Source: Mustelus asterias
Lineage: Eukaryota
Direction of reading: 5' to 3'
NCBI RefSeq assembly: GCF_964213995.1
Contig: NC_135804.1
Coordinates: 59,768,001-59,832,000 of the forward strand
Length of the DNA stretch: 64,000 bases
Below the pieces are notes generated by a model. It saw only the letters and a list, made by a program, of their open reading frames with translations. It had not been told where the DNA came from and did not search any database. The position numbers and the translations under genes were made by a program. Of this stretch, positions 25,250-37,410 are shown piece by piece (positions within the stretch are counted from its first letter, which is position 1; every line of letters begins with the position of its first letter).

Positions 25250-26010
25250 GTTTCCCTCATTATCACATACACATACCCTCTTCTACGTGCATTATCCCCC
25301 TTTGGAGCCCTACAGTGCCTGACAAAGTGACCCAGTTTCCTACAATTATGGCACGCAGCCTTTGGTTTATCTTCTCTACTGTTTGCCCTAACGTTTTCCT
25401 GTTTTATTTGTAGGTATGGTTTCTCATCTGGTCCATCTCTAATTCCAGATGCCCAATTCCACTAATTCATCATAAGTCTGGGTATTGAGAACTCCCATTT
25501 TAAGGATTTTTTGGTGAGCTGGCGACAGCCCGTCTTTAAATGCTTGTAAAAAGGCTCTATCTGTTCGGGCAGCTTCGGGTACTCCCCAACATTCTTGGTA
25601 TATTCTAAAGAGTCGCTCCCCAAATTCGGAGGCTCTTTCACCCCTTTGTTGATTAACATTTTAATTTTTTTTTTGACATCAGCCCATTTCTTACCCGAGA
25701 CTGAAACCTGTTCAATTAATCCGGCCAATTGATGAACTAAGAGAACTCCAATTTTCTTAGTTTTGTTTTTCTTTTCCTTTTCCAACCATTTTCGTTGTTG
25801 GTCTAGTGGATGGTCTAAATCCCATCCCCCTTTTATCATCTGTTTTATGAGTCTGTACCTCTTGATCATAAATTCATTTATTAGGGACCCAGGGGGTCCC
25901 CACTGTCTTTGTCCCGCCATAACACTGATAAGTTTATACTCACCACCTGGAGTGACTTATTCTCCCTTCTCACTCTCCCTCTCCCAGGTCGCTCTTATCG
26001 GAGTCTGGTG
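25250..26010 (-). pseudogene. gag: ERV gag remnant (short, disrupted) with NC zinc knuckle
   Basis: ORF 25462-25920 plus downstream KAACHNCRKLGHFVRHCRAPK (CX2CX4HX4C) at ~25300-25360. Confidence 0.75.
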
Positions 26011-26290
26011 ATACCTGTAAGGGTTGATCAGATCCCTCCGTACCACCGCTTATACTATTTTTTTAAAGCCGGCTTCTCCTTAGAAGGCCTTTCCTTCTAA
26101 CTCTTACACATGAAGGCTTTTCCTTCAAACTCCGGCGATCACTCAGACAGTCTCTATCTCACTCACGTCTAAACATCACACACTCTTATCATAGATGATT
26201 ACGCACTGCATTTTGACCCACTCTATTTAGAGTTCGATAATTTATTCCGGTGTCCCGGTCGTGGCCATTCAACCGGACCGTAAACAGATT

Positions 26291-26308
26291 ATCCCGGACG
26301 AGCCCCCA
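26291..26308 (-). promoter_or_regulatory. Primer binding site, tRNA-Pro
   Basis: - strand TGGGGGCTCGTCCGGGAT, 2 nt after the 5' LTR; the same 18-mer as the MLV tRNA-Pro PBS. Confidence 0.92.
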
Positions 26309-26310
26309 AT

Positions 26311-26987
26311 TGTTGTAGGTAAAAAACCTCTGACACTAATAGTAGATCAAAATGCAGTGTTTATTTTCACAATTGTGGGAGAAGTGAGGTTCCTAACAGT
26401 GGACCCCTGACCTTCTCCTCGAACACAAGTAAGCACAGAGTTTATATATGTCCCGGGCCCTGCCCTCATTACATTACAATTCTCTAAGATGTCTGTCATT
26501 GTTCATGGTGAGATTCTTGTTGTATTAGCAGTATCTTCCTCTGCGTAGTTTGTTCGATCTCCAAGGCCACGATTGTTCATCATTTATATCCTTGAAACAA
26601 CATCACAGGTTTTGCACAAACAAGTTAACTAATCTACATGCAGGTTTGTACAATACTTTATATCAGGATAAGATGAATAACGTATGATGAATATATATAT
26701 ATATGAATCTATGGTGATTCAAAGACAGAAGGCATACATGTCAACTTCATCGTGTTAAACAAAGGTACATGAAAATGGAGACTGTTTAGCTTATTTCGAG
26801 CTGGGTTAATCGGATTTCTTGATAACAAATGGAGACAGAGGAATAGCTGTTCCTTTTATCTGGCACAGACATGAAAAACACCGAACTCTGACAAAAACAT
26901 GGGCTCTGCAGTGTTCTCAACAAAATTACAGAGTTTGGGTCTTAATGCTTACGTGTGACAAAGTTCATTAACCCATTCCCGACTGCA
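26311..26987 (-). repeat. ERV 5' LTR (677 bp)
   Basis: TGCAGTC...CCTACAACA on - strand; about 9 substitutions plus one 2-bp (TA) indel versus 17512-18186; TATA-like CATATATAAA and AATAAA on - strand. Confidence 0.95.
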
Positions 26988-26992
26988 GTGGC

Positions 26993-28240
26993 CGAGCTAA
27001 AATTCTGTACATCTGCAACATGACTTCCATGTTTTTATACTCTCGGCCCCGATTGCTTCAGGCAAGCTTGCCATAGACCCTCTTGACCAACTTATCCACA
27101 CGTGTTACCACTTTCAGGGAACTGGAGACCTGTATGCTTAAATCCTTTTGTATGTTAATTCTTCTCAGGGTTCTGCCATTTACTGTATACTTCCCTCCTG
27201 CCTTTGACCTTCCAAAATGCATCACCTCACCTTTGTCTGGGTTAAATTCTATCTGCCATTTCTTCACTCATGTCTCCACCCTATCCATATCCTGCCGTAT
27301 CCTCTGGAAATCCTCTTCACTATCCACACGCAGCTCCCCGAATCTTTGTGTCGTCCACAAACCGACATTCTCCTCCAAAGCATTTACACACATATTACAA
27401 ACAACGGGGTCCCAGCACTGATCCCTGTGGACACCACTGGTCACATAACTCAAGTCAGAAAAACACACTTCCACCGCTACTCCCTGTCTTCTATGATGAA
27501 GCCAGTTCTGTATCCATCTTACCAGCACACCACAGATCCCATGCTGCACATTCTGTATCAGCCTGCCATGAGGTACCTTCACAAAGACCTTATTAAACTC
27601 CTTGTAGACATGTCCTCCTCAATCACCTTTGCCGCTGACTCAAAATACTCATTCAGGTTTATGATAGGCGACCGCCCCAGCACAAAGCATGTTCCTATCG
27701 CTAATAAGTCTATCTTTTTCCAAATGTAAGTAAATGCTGCCCCTACGTATGCTCTCCAATTATTCCGCTACCATTGATATAAGGCTCAGCAGCCTGTAAT
27801 TTCCTGGATTATCCCTCTTGCCATTCTTAAACGAAGGATCAACACTGGCTATTCTCCAGTCCTCTGACACGTCTCCTATGACTAAAATGGAGAGAACGTT
27901 TTCCTCCAAGGCCCTAGAAATTTCCTCCCTCAGTATTCTGGGATAGATCCTGTTAGGTCCACGGGACTGCTCTAACTTAATGCTTTTCAAAACATCCCAC
28001 ACCTGTTCCTTTTTAAATCAACATGACATTCTCTAGCCTCACCATCCACTATGTCCTTCTCCTTTGTGAATACTGATGCAAAGTATTCGTTAAGCACATC
28101 ACCCACTTTCTTTGGTTCTACGCATAAATTCCTCCTTTGTCCTTGAGTGAATCTATCCTTCCACGAGCTACACTCTTGCTCCTTGTACATATACATAATG
28201 CCATGGGATTTTCCGTAATCCGTAATGCCAACATGCCATT
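26993..28240 (-). mobile_element. CR1 LINE RT, degenerate (5' part of the ERV-split copy)
   Basis: ORF fragments KVPHGRL, WQIEFNPDK, PGNYRLLSL, NEYFASVFTKE. Confidence 0.88.
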
Positions 28241-28734
28241 GCCCCCATTCAGCCATCCAAACTCACTGTTTGAGTTCTTTCTTAGATTTTCCAGGGCCCA
28301 GAATGTGAACTCTCCTTTCTCACCCTCATCCAATAAAGTATCCAAATCATGGTCCGCGAACTTCTGATCTTTCTTATTCGCAATTGCATTTTCAGTTTCC
28401 ACAATATAAATGAGAACAAACAGAAACATTTAAGCGTGTCACACGTAAAGTTATATGGTAATATAACACGGATTGCAATAGTAGCTTCACAGATTTAAAA
28501 CAAGTAACAAAGCCATGATAATCATCCTTAATCATAAAAATAAATTAGAAAAATACACTTTGAATGAATAAATGAGAATAGGATTAACGGTTCAAAGGAT
28601 AAACTTCAACATGCCTTTAAGATAGTGGAGTCTTTTGAGCGGTAGTGGTAATATTGGGAAATATTGCACTAGAATTCAGAGATGCATGTTTAAATGAACA
28701 TATGTAATTATGGGCAATTTGAATCTGTAGAATG

Positions 28735-31185
28735 ATTGGGAGACTCTAACTAATCAAGAGTACAAAAGAGAAGGAAATTCTGGAGTGGTGATGGGATAGA
28801 TTTCCAAAGCAATACATTGGGGAATCGACAAGGGAAGAGGCCATCCGAGACAGTGCAATGAGAACTGATTAGTTGGCAATCTAGTTGTGAGGGAACCCTT
28901 GGGGACGTGTGACCTTAATATGATAGAATTCTTTCTCAAGATAGATGGTGATGCAATTGATCCTGAGATCAGTTTCCTGAATCTCAGCAAAGGTAACTGT
29001 GGTGGTATGAGACATGAATTGGCACTGATGGACTGGGAAACATTACCGAAAGGAAAGACAGTGGACAGGCAAAGCAACCATTTAAGGAACAAATATGTGA
29101 ATCCAGAAGTTGTTTATTCCTGTTTTGTACAAGGGTGGTAAGGGAACTGTGGCCAAACCATGGCTTACAAGGGGAATTAGAGATACTATTAGACGAAGAA
29201 GCATACAAATTGCCAAGAAAAAGCAATAGACCTCCATTGGGAACAGTTTAAAATTCATCAAAGGAGAGCCAAGGGATTGATTAAGAATGGGAAACTGGAG
29301 TTTGAAAGAATGCTAGCGGGGAGCATGAAAACTGACTGTAAATGTTTCTCTAGATATGTAGACAGAAAAAGATTGACAAAAATGGATGTTGGACTCTTAC
29401 AGTCAGAAGTGGGAGAATTCATAACGGGGAACACAGAAATGGCTAAGGAATTAAATTCGTAGTGTGCTTCAGTCTGCACAAAGGAAGACATGAACAATGT
29501 ACCAGACGTTCTGAGAGAAACAAGTATTAATGAGGAGCGGAAGGAAATCAGCATTAGTAGAGACATCGTACTGGGGAAATTGATGGGATTGATGGTGGAT
29601 AAATCTCAGGGCCTGATAATCTTCATCCCGGAATATTTAAGGGAGTGGCCCTGGAAATAGTAGATCGATTGATGGTTATTTTCAAAAATTCTTGGGACAA
29701 CAGATTGGAGGGTAGCTAGTGTAAGCCCGCTACCTAAAAAGGGAGGCAGAGCGAAAACAGGAAACTATAGACCAGTGAGCCTAACACCACTAATGTGGAA
29801 GTTGTTAGAATCCATTGTCAAGGATTTCATGACTCAACATTTGGAAAGCAGTCGTACAATCAGACGAAGTCAGCATAGATTAACAAAGGAGAAATCATGC
29901 TTGACGAATCTATTGGACTGCTTTGAGATTGTAACTAATTGACTGGACCGAGAAGAACCAGGGGCTGTGGTTTATTTAGATTTTCAGAAGGCTTTCGACA
30001 ATGTCTCGCATAGCACACTATTATGTAAAGCAATAGCACATGGGTTGCCGGTAATATCTTGAGATGGATAGAAAACTGGCCAGGAGATAGGAAGCAAAGA
30101 GTAAATGCATCTTGTTCTGCTTGGCAGGCAGTGACTAGTGGGATACTGCAAGGATCTATGCTAGGACCCCAACTATTCATATCATATATTCGTGATTTGG
30201 AAGATGGAACTAAATGTATCAGCTCTAAATTTGCAGATGATACAAAGTTGGGTGGGCGGGTGTGCTGTGAGGAGGATACAGGACAGGAGAGATTGTTCAG
30301 GGTGATTTGTAAAGGCTGTGTGTGGGTATACGCATGGCAAATGCAGTACAACACGAATAAATGCGACATTATCCACTCTGGTAGCAATAATAGAAAGACC
30401 GATTATTACTCGAAGGGGTGTAACGTGAGAGATACTCGGCGGAGCCTTGGCGTCCTCATGGATCAGTCGCTGAAAGTAAACACGCAAGTATAGTTGGCAG
30501 TAAAGCAGGCAAATGGTATGTTGGCCTGCATAGCGAGAGGATCTGAGTAGAGGAATAGTATATGCAATTGTATAGGTCGCTGGTGAGGCCACACTTGGAG
30601 TATTATGTGCAGTTTTGCTGTGCTTTTCTGAGGAAGGATGTCTTTGCTACAGAGGGAGTGCCATGAACGTTTACATTGCAGATTCCTGGGATGGCATGTC
30701 TGTCACACGAGGAGAGATTAAGTCGGTTAAGAATATATTCACAAGAGTTTAGAAGAGTGAGAGGGGATCTCATAGAGACTTTAAAAGTTCGAACCGGGTT
30801 AGACAGGGCAGATTCTGAAATAATGTTGCTGATGGTGGTAAATTCCAGTGCGGGAAACATAGTTTGAGGGTGAGGGGTAACCATTTCAGAACTAAAGTGA
30901 GGAGACATTTCTTCACCCTAAGGATGGTGAATGTTGGTAATTCACTACGACAGAAAATAATTGAGGCCAAAATTTGTGTGATTTCAAGAAGAAATTAGAT
31001 ATAACTCCTCGGGCTAAAGGATCCAAGGGATATTGCGGCGTGGGCGGGGGAGGGGGTAGGTGCGGGGACGAAGGGGGTATCAGGATATAGAATTTGATGA
31101 TTAGCCATGATCTTCACCGGCGAAACCGTCTCGAAGGGCCGAATAGCCTACTCCTGCTTCTAGTTTTCATGTTTCTATCTCTCTG
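28735..31185 (+). mobile_element. CR1 LINE, degenerate, 5' truncated
   Basis: Fragments [34 protein letters not shown]; 3' stem GAAGGGCCGAATAGCCTACTCCTGC plus tail. Confidence 0.9.
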
Positions 31186-32559
31186 CCTTCACTTTAAAAT
31201 TGTTGTTTCATAGCATGAACTTATGGGCGTTCCCAATCTGATCCGTCCGTCGGGGGCTTGGCTACTCTCCCCTTGCGTCGCACTATCGCTGTAGAATGAA
31301 GGCTGCGGCAGCAAAGGGGAGTTTAATCGGGATTTTTCAACGCAGGTCAGTAAATTGGTAAGGAATCCCTGGCGGCTCTTGGCTTTCCACCGCAAGGCGG
31401 AAGGGTGTGTATGCTCTCTCTCCGTAACTTCTGCTTCCCTCTGAATAGCAGTCACTTGCTGCTCAACTTGCTCACTGAAAATGTCTGCTTTCCAACTCAT
31501 TTCAGGCCATAACCCACAGCGAGATCAATGCTGTTACTGAATTGTAATTGGCTTTACTGAGGCGAACTTAATTCTTAGTTGCCTTAAGGGGGCGGTGATC
31601 AATGTATTGTTCGAGGTGGGCATGGTTAGTTTTAAATCAGTTTCTCGAGTGCGATGGTCATCTATTGATATAATGTCTCATTGTTCCTTGACTGGCCCTC
31701 CAAGTTGTCAATTACTTGTCGGACCATCAGCTCATTAAAGTTTGTTCATTATTATAATTCTTGCTAAGAGAAAATAATGCTTCGTGATATTTTCATTGCC
31801 CAGCTATTCAGATTGGCGAACATTATATGTAACGGAAAATGATTGGGAAAAATAACAGTTCGGGTTCTTTTTCAAAGATTCTGAAGAGAGGAAAGGCGAA
31901 TAAAAGCAATAATTGAAAAACGGTCAAAAGATGGAGCTTGTAGATGGTTTTAAGACCCAGAGGAAGAGGTTAGCTGCAAATGGACGTGGTAAGTTTATTT
32001 AGATAAATGCCGAGTAAAGGACACCCTGGTCAAGGTTCAAAGACACGCTACTCTTCGCACCATTCTAGTTCAACCCGCTGTACGTTTGTTGTCACCCTTT
32101 GCGTTCCATGGACAAGACATCCACCCACTCTTTCTCCTTGATACGGGATATAATTGTAAGTGTTCATGCTTGCAATTATAGAGATTTAACGAAATATCTG
32201 GGGGCTGAGAAACTTCAACTTACACACCCCATCGTATTCCACCCTATCATAGAACTTCCTTTCCATCCATCCTTCAACATATTTAAACATTTTAGCATCT
32301 ATTGCATTTCTACAAAATGCAAGTACTGCTGATGCCGGAAATCTGAAATCAAGGTAGAAAATGTTAGAGCTACCCAACAGACTTGGCAGCATCCGTGGCG
32401 AGAAAAATAGAGTTAATTGTTCAGGTCAAAAAATATTTCCTAACCATCGACTGTATCCCCTCCCTGGCAAATATCTGGGGAGAATCAGGCTGTTTGCAAT
32501 ATTGATGTTATGTTTGATTCTTAGATGATATTCTGACCATGTATTAGCAACTGCACGAA

Positions 32560-33110
32560 ATTTGTTTACTTTTATCTTTGCAATATAGCAAATTCCGTCC
32601 TGATCTAATACAATCTGTCCCTGCAAAACTCACCTATGTGTTTGCAACATCCAAGTTTTACTACTCTGATTAACTTCTGGCCAGCCACACACACCGAACG
32701 CTCTATAAACATACAGTTACCTAACAGTTTGCTGGCAATTCCACAACTCTCATCAAATCGTTTCATCCATTAGCTATGTGTTCGCTGATCTACATTTGCT
32801 CCCAATTAAGCAATGCCATTTGAAATACTTATCCTTCCTATTTACACAGCCTCCTTCCAATCTCTGTGATGTTCTCTAGCCGTAAAGCCGTCGGCTGTAC
32901 CGCACTCTCCAAATTACGGCTCTTTGAGGATTCCAAAACTCCATTATTCCGCCATTGGCAGCCTACACGCCGCTTTCAACGCACCAAGCACTGTATTGCA
33001 CTACCAAAACCTTAATCTCCCCGCCTTTTTCCTCCTCTAATAAACACCTTAACACTTCCCTATTTGAAGTTTTACGGCCCAAGATACCTCGTTGTTCGAT
33101 GAGGTGTCAA
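32560..33110 (+). mobile_element. L2-like LINE 3' fragment
   Basis: Degenerate CTGATCTACATTTGCTCCCAATTAAGCAATGCC motif resembling L2 ORF2 ends. Confidence 0.5.
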
Positions 33111-33144
33111 TTTTTACATTACCATGGCGCTTTTAAACATTTCG

Positions 33145-35619
33145 ACTCAAATTGGACGTGGAGGGCTTGAGGAAGAGTTCTTGGAATGCTGTCGGGATTG
33201 TTTCATTGAACAGTATGTTACAGAACCTACGAGAGAGCGAGCTATCTTGGATCTGGTTCTGTGCAATGAGACAGGTAGGATTAAGGATCTTCTTGTGAAG
33301 GATCCTCTTGGGATGAGTGATCATAATATGGTGGAATTTCTGATACAGATGGAGGGTGAGAAAGTAGGGTCCCAAACCAGTGTCCTCTGCTTGAACAGAG
33401 GGGAGTACGATAGGATGAGGGTGGAATTGGCTAATGTAGACTGGGCGAGCAGACTGGTAGGTAGGACAGCTGAGGAACAGTGGAGGATTTTTAAGGAGAT
33501 TTTTTTAAGTACTCAGCAAAAATATATTCTGGTGATAAAGAAGGACTGTAAGAAAAAGGATAACCAGACGTGGATAACGAAGGAAATAAAGGAGAGTATT
33601 AAAATAAAATCAGATGCGTACAGAGTCGCCAAAAATAGTGGAGAATTAGTGGATTGGGAAAGCTTCAAAGAAAAACAAAGAACGACTAAGAAAGCGATTA
33701 AGAAAGGAAAGATAGATTATGAAACTGAACTAGCTCAAAATATAAAAACTTATAGTAAAAGTTTTTACAAGTATATAAAAAGGAATAGAGTGGCTAGAGT
33801 GAATGTTGGACCCTTGGAAGATGAGAGGGGGGATTTAATAGTGGAAAACGAGGAAATGGCTGAGACTTTAAATAAGTTCTTTGTGTCGGTCTTCACGGTG
33901 GAAGACACAAATAGTTTGCCGAATATTAGAGATCGAGAGTTGGTGGGAGGGGAGGTCCTTAATACAATTACTGTTACTAAGGACGTGGTGCTTGGTAGAC
34001 TAATAGGACTGAAGGTAGACAAGTCCCCGGGCCCGGATGGAATGCATCCCAGGGTACTGAAAGAAATGGCTGAGGTAATAGCAGATGCGTTAGTAGTAAT
34101 TTATCAAAATTCGCTGGACTCTGGGGTAGTGCCGGCTGACTGGAAAACAGCTACTGTTATGCCGCTGTTTAAAAAAGGAAGTAGACAAAAGGCGGGTAAC
34201 TACAGGCCGGTTAGCTTAACGACCGTAGTTGGGAAGATGCTAGAGTCCATTATTAAAGAGGAAATAACAGAGCACCTGAATAAGAATGGTTCGATCAAGC
34301 AGACGCAGCATGGATTCATGAAGGGAAAGTCGTGTTTGACGTATCTACTGGACTTTTATGAAGATGTCACCAGTGCGGTTGACAGAGGGGAACCGGTGGA
34401 TGTGGTGTTTTTAGATTTCCAGAAGGCGTTCGATAAGGTGCCTCACAAAAGGTTGCTGCAGAAGATTGGGGTACACAGAGTTAGGGGTAAGGTGTTGGCG
34501 TGGATTGGGGATTGGCTATCTAACAGGAAGCAGAGAGTTGGGATAAATGGGTGCTTTTCTGGTTGGCAGTTGGTGACCAGTGGCGTGCCGCAGGGATCGG
34601 TGCTGGGGCCTCAATTGTTTACCATTTACATAGATGATCTGGAGGAGGGAACTGAATCTAGGGTATTCAAGTTTGCTGATGACACGAAGGTGAGTGGGAA
34701 AGCGAATTGTGTGGAGGACGCGGAAAGTCTGCAGAGAGATTTGGATAGGCTGAGCGAGTGGGCGAGGATCTGGCAGATCTAATATAACGTTAGCAAATGT
34801 GAGGTTATCCACTTTGGAAGAAATAATAGTAAATTGGAATATTATTTAAATGGAGAAAAATTACATCGTGCGACTGTGCAGAGGGACCTGGGGGTCCTTG
34901 TGCACGAATCGCAAAAACTCAGTCTGCAGGTGCAGCAGGTGATCAAGAAGGCGAATGGAATGTTGGCCTTTATCGCGAGGGGGATAGAATATAAAAGCAG
35001 GGAGGTCTTGCTGCAACTGTACAAGGCACTGGTGAGGCCGCAACTGGAGTACTGTGTGCAGTTTTGGTCCCCTTATTTGCGAAAGGATATATTGGCCTTG
35101 GAGGGAGTGCAGAGAAGGTTCACCAGGTTGATACTGGAGATGAGGGGTGTAGCTTATGAGGAGAGATTAAACAGATTGGGTCTGTACTCGTTGGAGTTTA
35201 GAAGGATGAGGGGTGATCTTATAGAGACATATAAGATAATGAAGGGGCTGGATAGGGTAGAGGTGGAGAGATTCTTTCCACTTAGAAGGGAAACCAGAAC
35301 TAGAGGGCACAGCCTCAAAATAAGGGGGAGGGCCGGTTCAGAACAGAGTTGAGGGGGAACTTCTTCTCTCAGAGGGTAGTGAATCTCTGGAATTCTCTGC
35401 CCATTGAAGTGGTGGAGGCTTCCTCGTTGAATATGTTTAAATCACGGGTAGATAGTTTTCTGATCGATAAGGGAATTAGGGGATATGGGGAGCAGGCGGG
35501 TAAGTGGAACTGATTCGCTTCAGATCAGCCATGATCTTGTTGAATGGCGGGGCCGGCTCGAAGGGCCAGATGGCCTACTCCTGCTCCTATTTCTTATGTT
35601 CTTATCTTATGTTCTTATT
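33145..35619 (+). mobile_element. CR1 LINE, young, 5' truncated (APE C-terminus plus RT), ending ~290 bp upstream of the IgSF gene ATG
   Basis: 552-aa ORF 33124-34782 plus 34834-35352 with PQGSVLGP and FADD; tail (CTTATGTT)n. Confidence 0.95.
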
Positions 35620-35713
35620 TCATTGCTTCACAGGCGCGAAATAAAACAAAATGATGTTGTAAATCATCCATCATCTTTTGTTGCTGGTCGCGCTACAAGT
35701 CATTCCAAAAGTT

Positions 35714-35775
35714 GAGGAAGAGCGGAATGGTTACAAATAAATGATTCTATGAAGAGCGGAATGGTTACAAATAAA
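35714..35775 (+). promoter_or_regulatory. Candidate proximal promoter: 25-bp direct repeat GAAGAGCGGAATGGTTACAAATAAA x2 with GAGGAA/GGAA ETS-like cores
   Basis: Copies at 35717-35741 and 35751-35775, 135-195 bp upstream of the leader ATG. The regulatory role is inference only. Confidence 0.35.
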
Positions 35776-35910
35776 ACGTATTTTCTTACCAACGGGCATA
35801 GGACTTCAAACGTCACTGCTCTCGTCTCAGATTCAATACTCAGCAGACAATTTGCATAGTGGCAAACACATGGTCAGTGCAGCCAGACATCAGTTGAGCT
35901 TTATCTTGCA

Positions 35911-35971
35911 ATGTTGCCGAATTTGATCTTTCTCTTCATGTTCCTGTCTCTCCCGATGATCATTTTAACAG
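35911..35971 (+). CDS. Leader (signal peptide) exon of VJ-C1-TM gene
   Basis: ATG...MLPNLIFLFMFLSLPMIILT-G then donor ACAG|gtattg; hydrophobic 20-aa signal peptide, phase 1 as is typical of IgSF leaders. Confidence 0.8.
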
Positions 35972-36171
35972 GTATTGAGATATTCTCTATCCCAGATGAC
36001 TTATTAAATAAAGCATTTTTCCACAGTTCTCACATCAGTTCTATTAAATGTAATTCGTATGTATGTAATCGTTTTCTTTTTTGCATTTCCATGCAGAAAT
36101 GTGTACCAAAGTCTCTGGTTTCACATTGAATACAGTTAATTAATACAAACCTTAAATATATTTTCTAACAG

Positions 36172-36492
36172 GTGCTCCAGGAGCTTCGATCAGCGTGTCT
36201 CAAAATCCTAAACAGGTAACTATATTGAGGGGGACAAACATCACCTTCTACTGCATAATCCCCCTTTCTCATGACAATGTGGATGTCGAGGTGCTTTGGT
36301 GGAAACAGGGTGAGAATAAATATATGACAAATGGAACCGATGACAGAAAACGATTCGATTTCAAAATTAAAGGAGGTGGTTTATTTGAGCTGCGAGACGC
36401 GACGCCCCAGGATTCAGGAATCTATCACTGTGCAGTGATCCGTCAGGGAAAAAATAGTGGAAATGGAACAGGATCAAATTTAATTGTCTGCG
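36172..36492 (+). CDS. Ig V-set domain exon with germline-encoded J-like G strand
   Basis: Acceptor ttttctaacag|GT, donor CG|gtaagt. Translation ISVSQNP..TFYC..VLWW..LFELRDATPQDSGIYHC..GNGTGSNLIVC shows B-strand Cys, C-strand Trp, D-x-G-x-Y-x-C and a G-x-G J-like motif. Confidence 0.92.
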
Positions 36493-37098
36493 GTAAGTGA
36501 CTGAAACGACCGGGAATGTCAAGCACTCTGTTTTGCCATTGTTTTATTGTGCTGCCTTTGATGTTGTAAAGCTCTGTGCACAACTGCTAATTACGCAGCG
36601 CAAATGTGGCATTTTATTTGCTGTGTTATTCCACACGGCTTGAAATACTCAGCAAATCAGGGCATGTCTGCGAAGAGAGAGGCAAAGTTAAAGTCTCAGG
36701 TCTATCAACTTTTTGAGTAAAATGTTACCTGATTCATCTCAAAATGTAATTTTTACATCAGATTTCTTAGCCCGAGGTTGGCCCACGTAGTCTCGATTCC
36801 CCAGTCAGAGGAAACAACCTCGCCGAATCTATCCTGTCAAGCACATTTACAATCTTGAATGTTCCAATGACATCACTTTATTCGAACCTTTTCATTCTTC
36901 GCCTGTATGAGTTTCCATAAATTTATATAACCTTGCTTTTATTACCGGTGTCGGACAGATTGTTTTTCTCTTGCGGACGCTGTTGACTGATCTATTCTTA
37001 CGAACATAAAGGGAAGCGAATGACGATATAATTCATCTCTCATTCCTTACTCTGAATATTTCTCCACCAACCTGACTTTCCCCATGTTTTGTTCGCAG

Positions 37099-37410
37099 GT
37101 ACACCAACTCCGTTAAAGATTTTCGCTAAGCATCCCGCAAGCAATTCAACTACGTTCCTGACTCTTGTGTGTCAGACGGCTGGATTTTAGCCGGGTGATT
37201 TGACCCTCCTTTGGTATAAAAATGGCATCAACATCACAACGGAGGGAAATTCGATCAAACACCAGAACGCAGAAGGACTGTATGAAGTTTCCAGCTCTTT
37301 TGAAGAGCAGCACTTTGTGCGGAACGAAGCTGTTTACATCTGTTTGGTAACTCACATCTCCCTCCGGACTCCCGCCATTACCATTCACACTGTTACCAAC
37401 TCCTGCTCAG
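37099..37410 (+). CDS. Ig C1-set domain exon (premature TAG at 37188-37190)
   Basis: Acceptor gttcgcag|GT, donor TCAG|gtatgt. TLVCQTAGF*PGDLTLLWYKNG...GLYEVSSSF...VYICLVTHISL matches the C1-set motifs C-x3-GFYP, W-x-K-N-G and Y-x-C-x-V-x-H. Confidence 0.9.

Larger units (their letters stand above)
17512..26987 (-). mobile_element. Endogenous retrovirus provirus (LTR-gag-pro-pol[deleted]-AT-rich block-IN tail-env-LTR)
   Basis: Paired TG...CA LTRs, TSD GTGGC (17507-17511 / 26988-26992), PBS, PPT, gag CCHC, protease LVDTGAS, RT YVDD, env CWVC/RAKR/CX6CC. Confidence 0.97.

Noticed and set aside
31189-31760. 103-aa ORF / possible solo LTR
   Set aside because: No recognisable domain and no convincing TG...CA ends or TSD.
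36172-37099. Possible rearranging V segment with RSS
   Set aside because: No CACAGTG/ACAAAAACC pair seen after the YxC; the G strand and splice donor are already in the exon.
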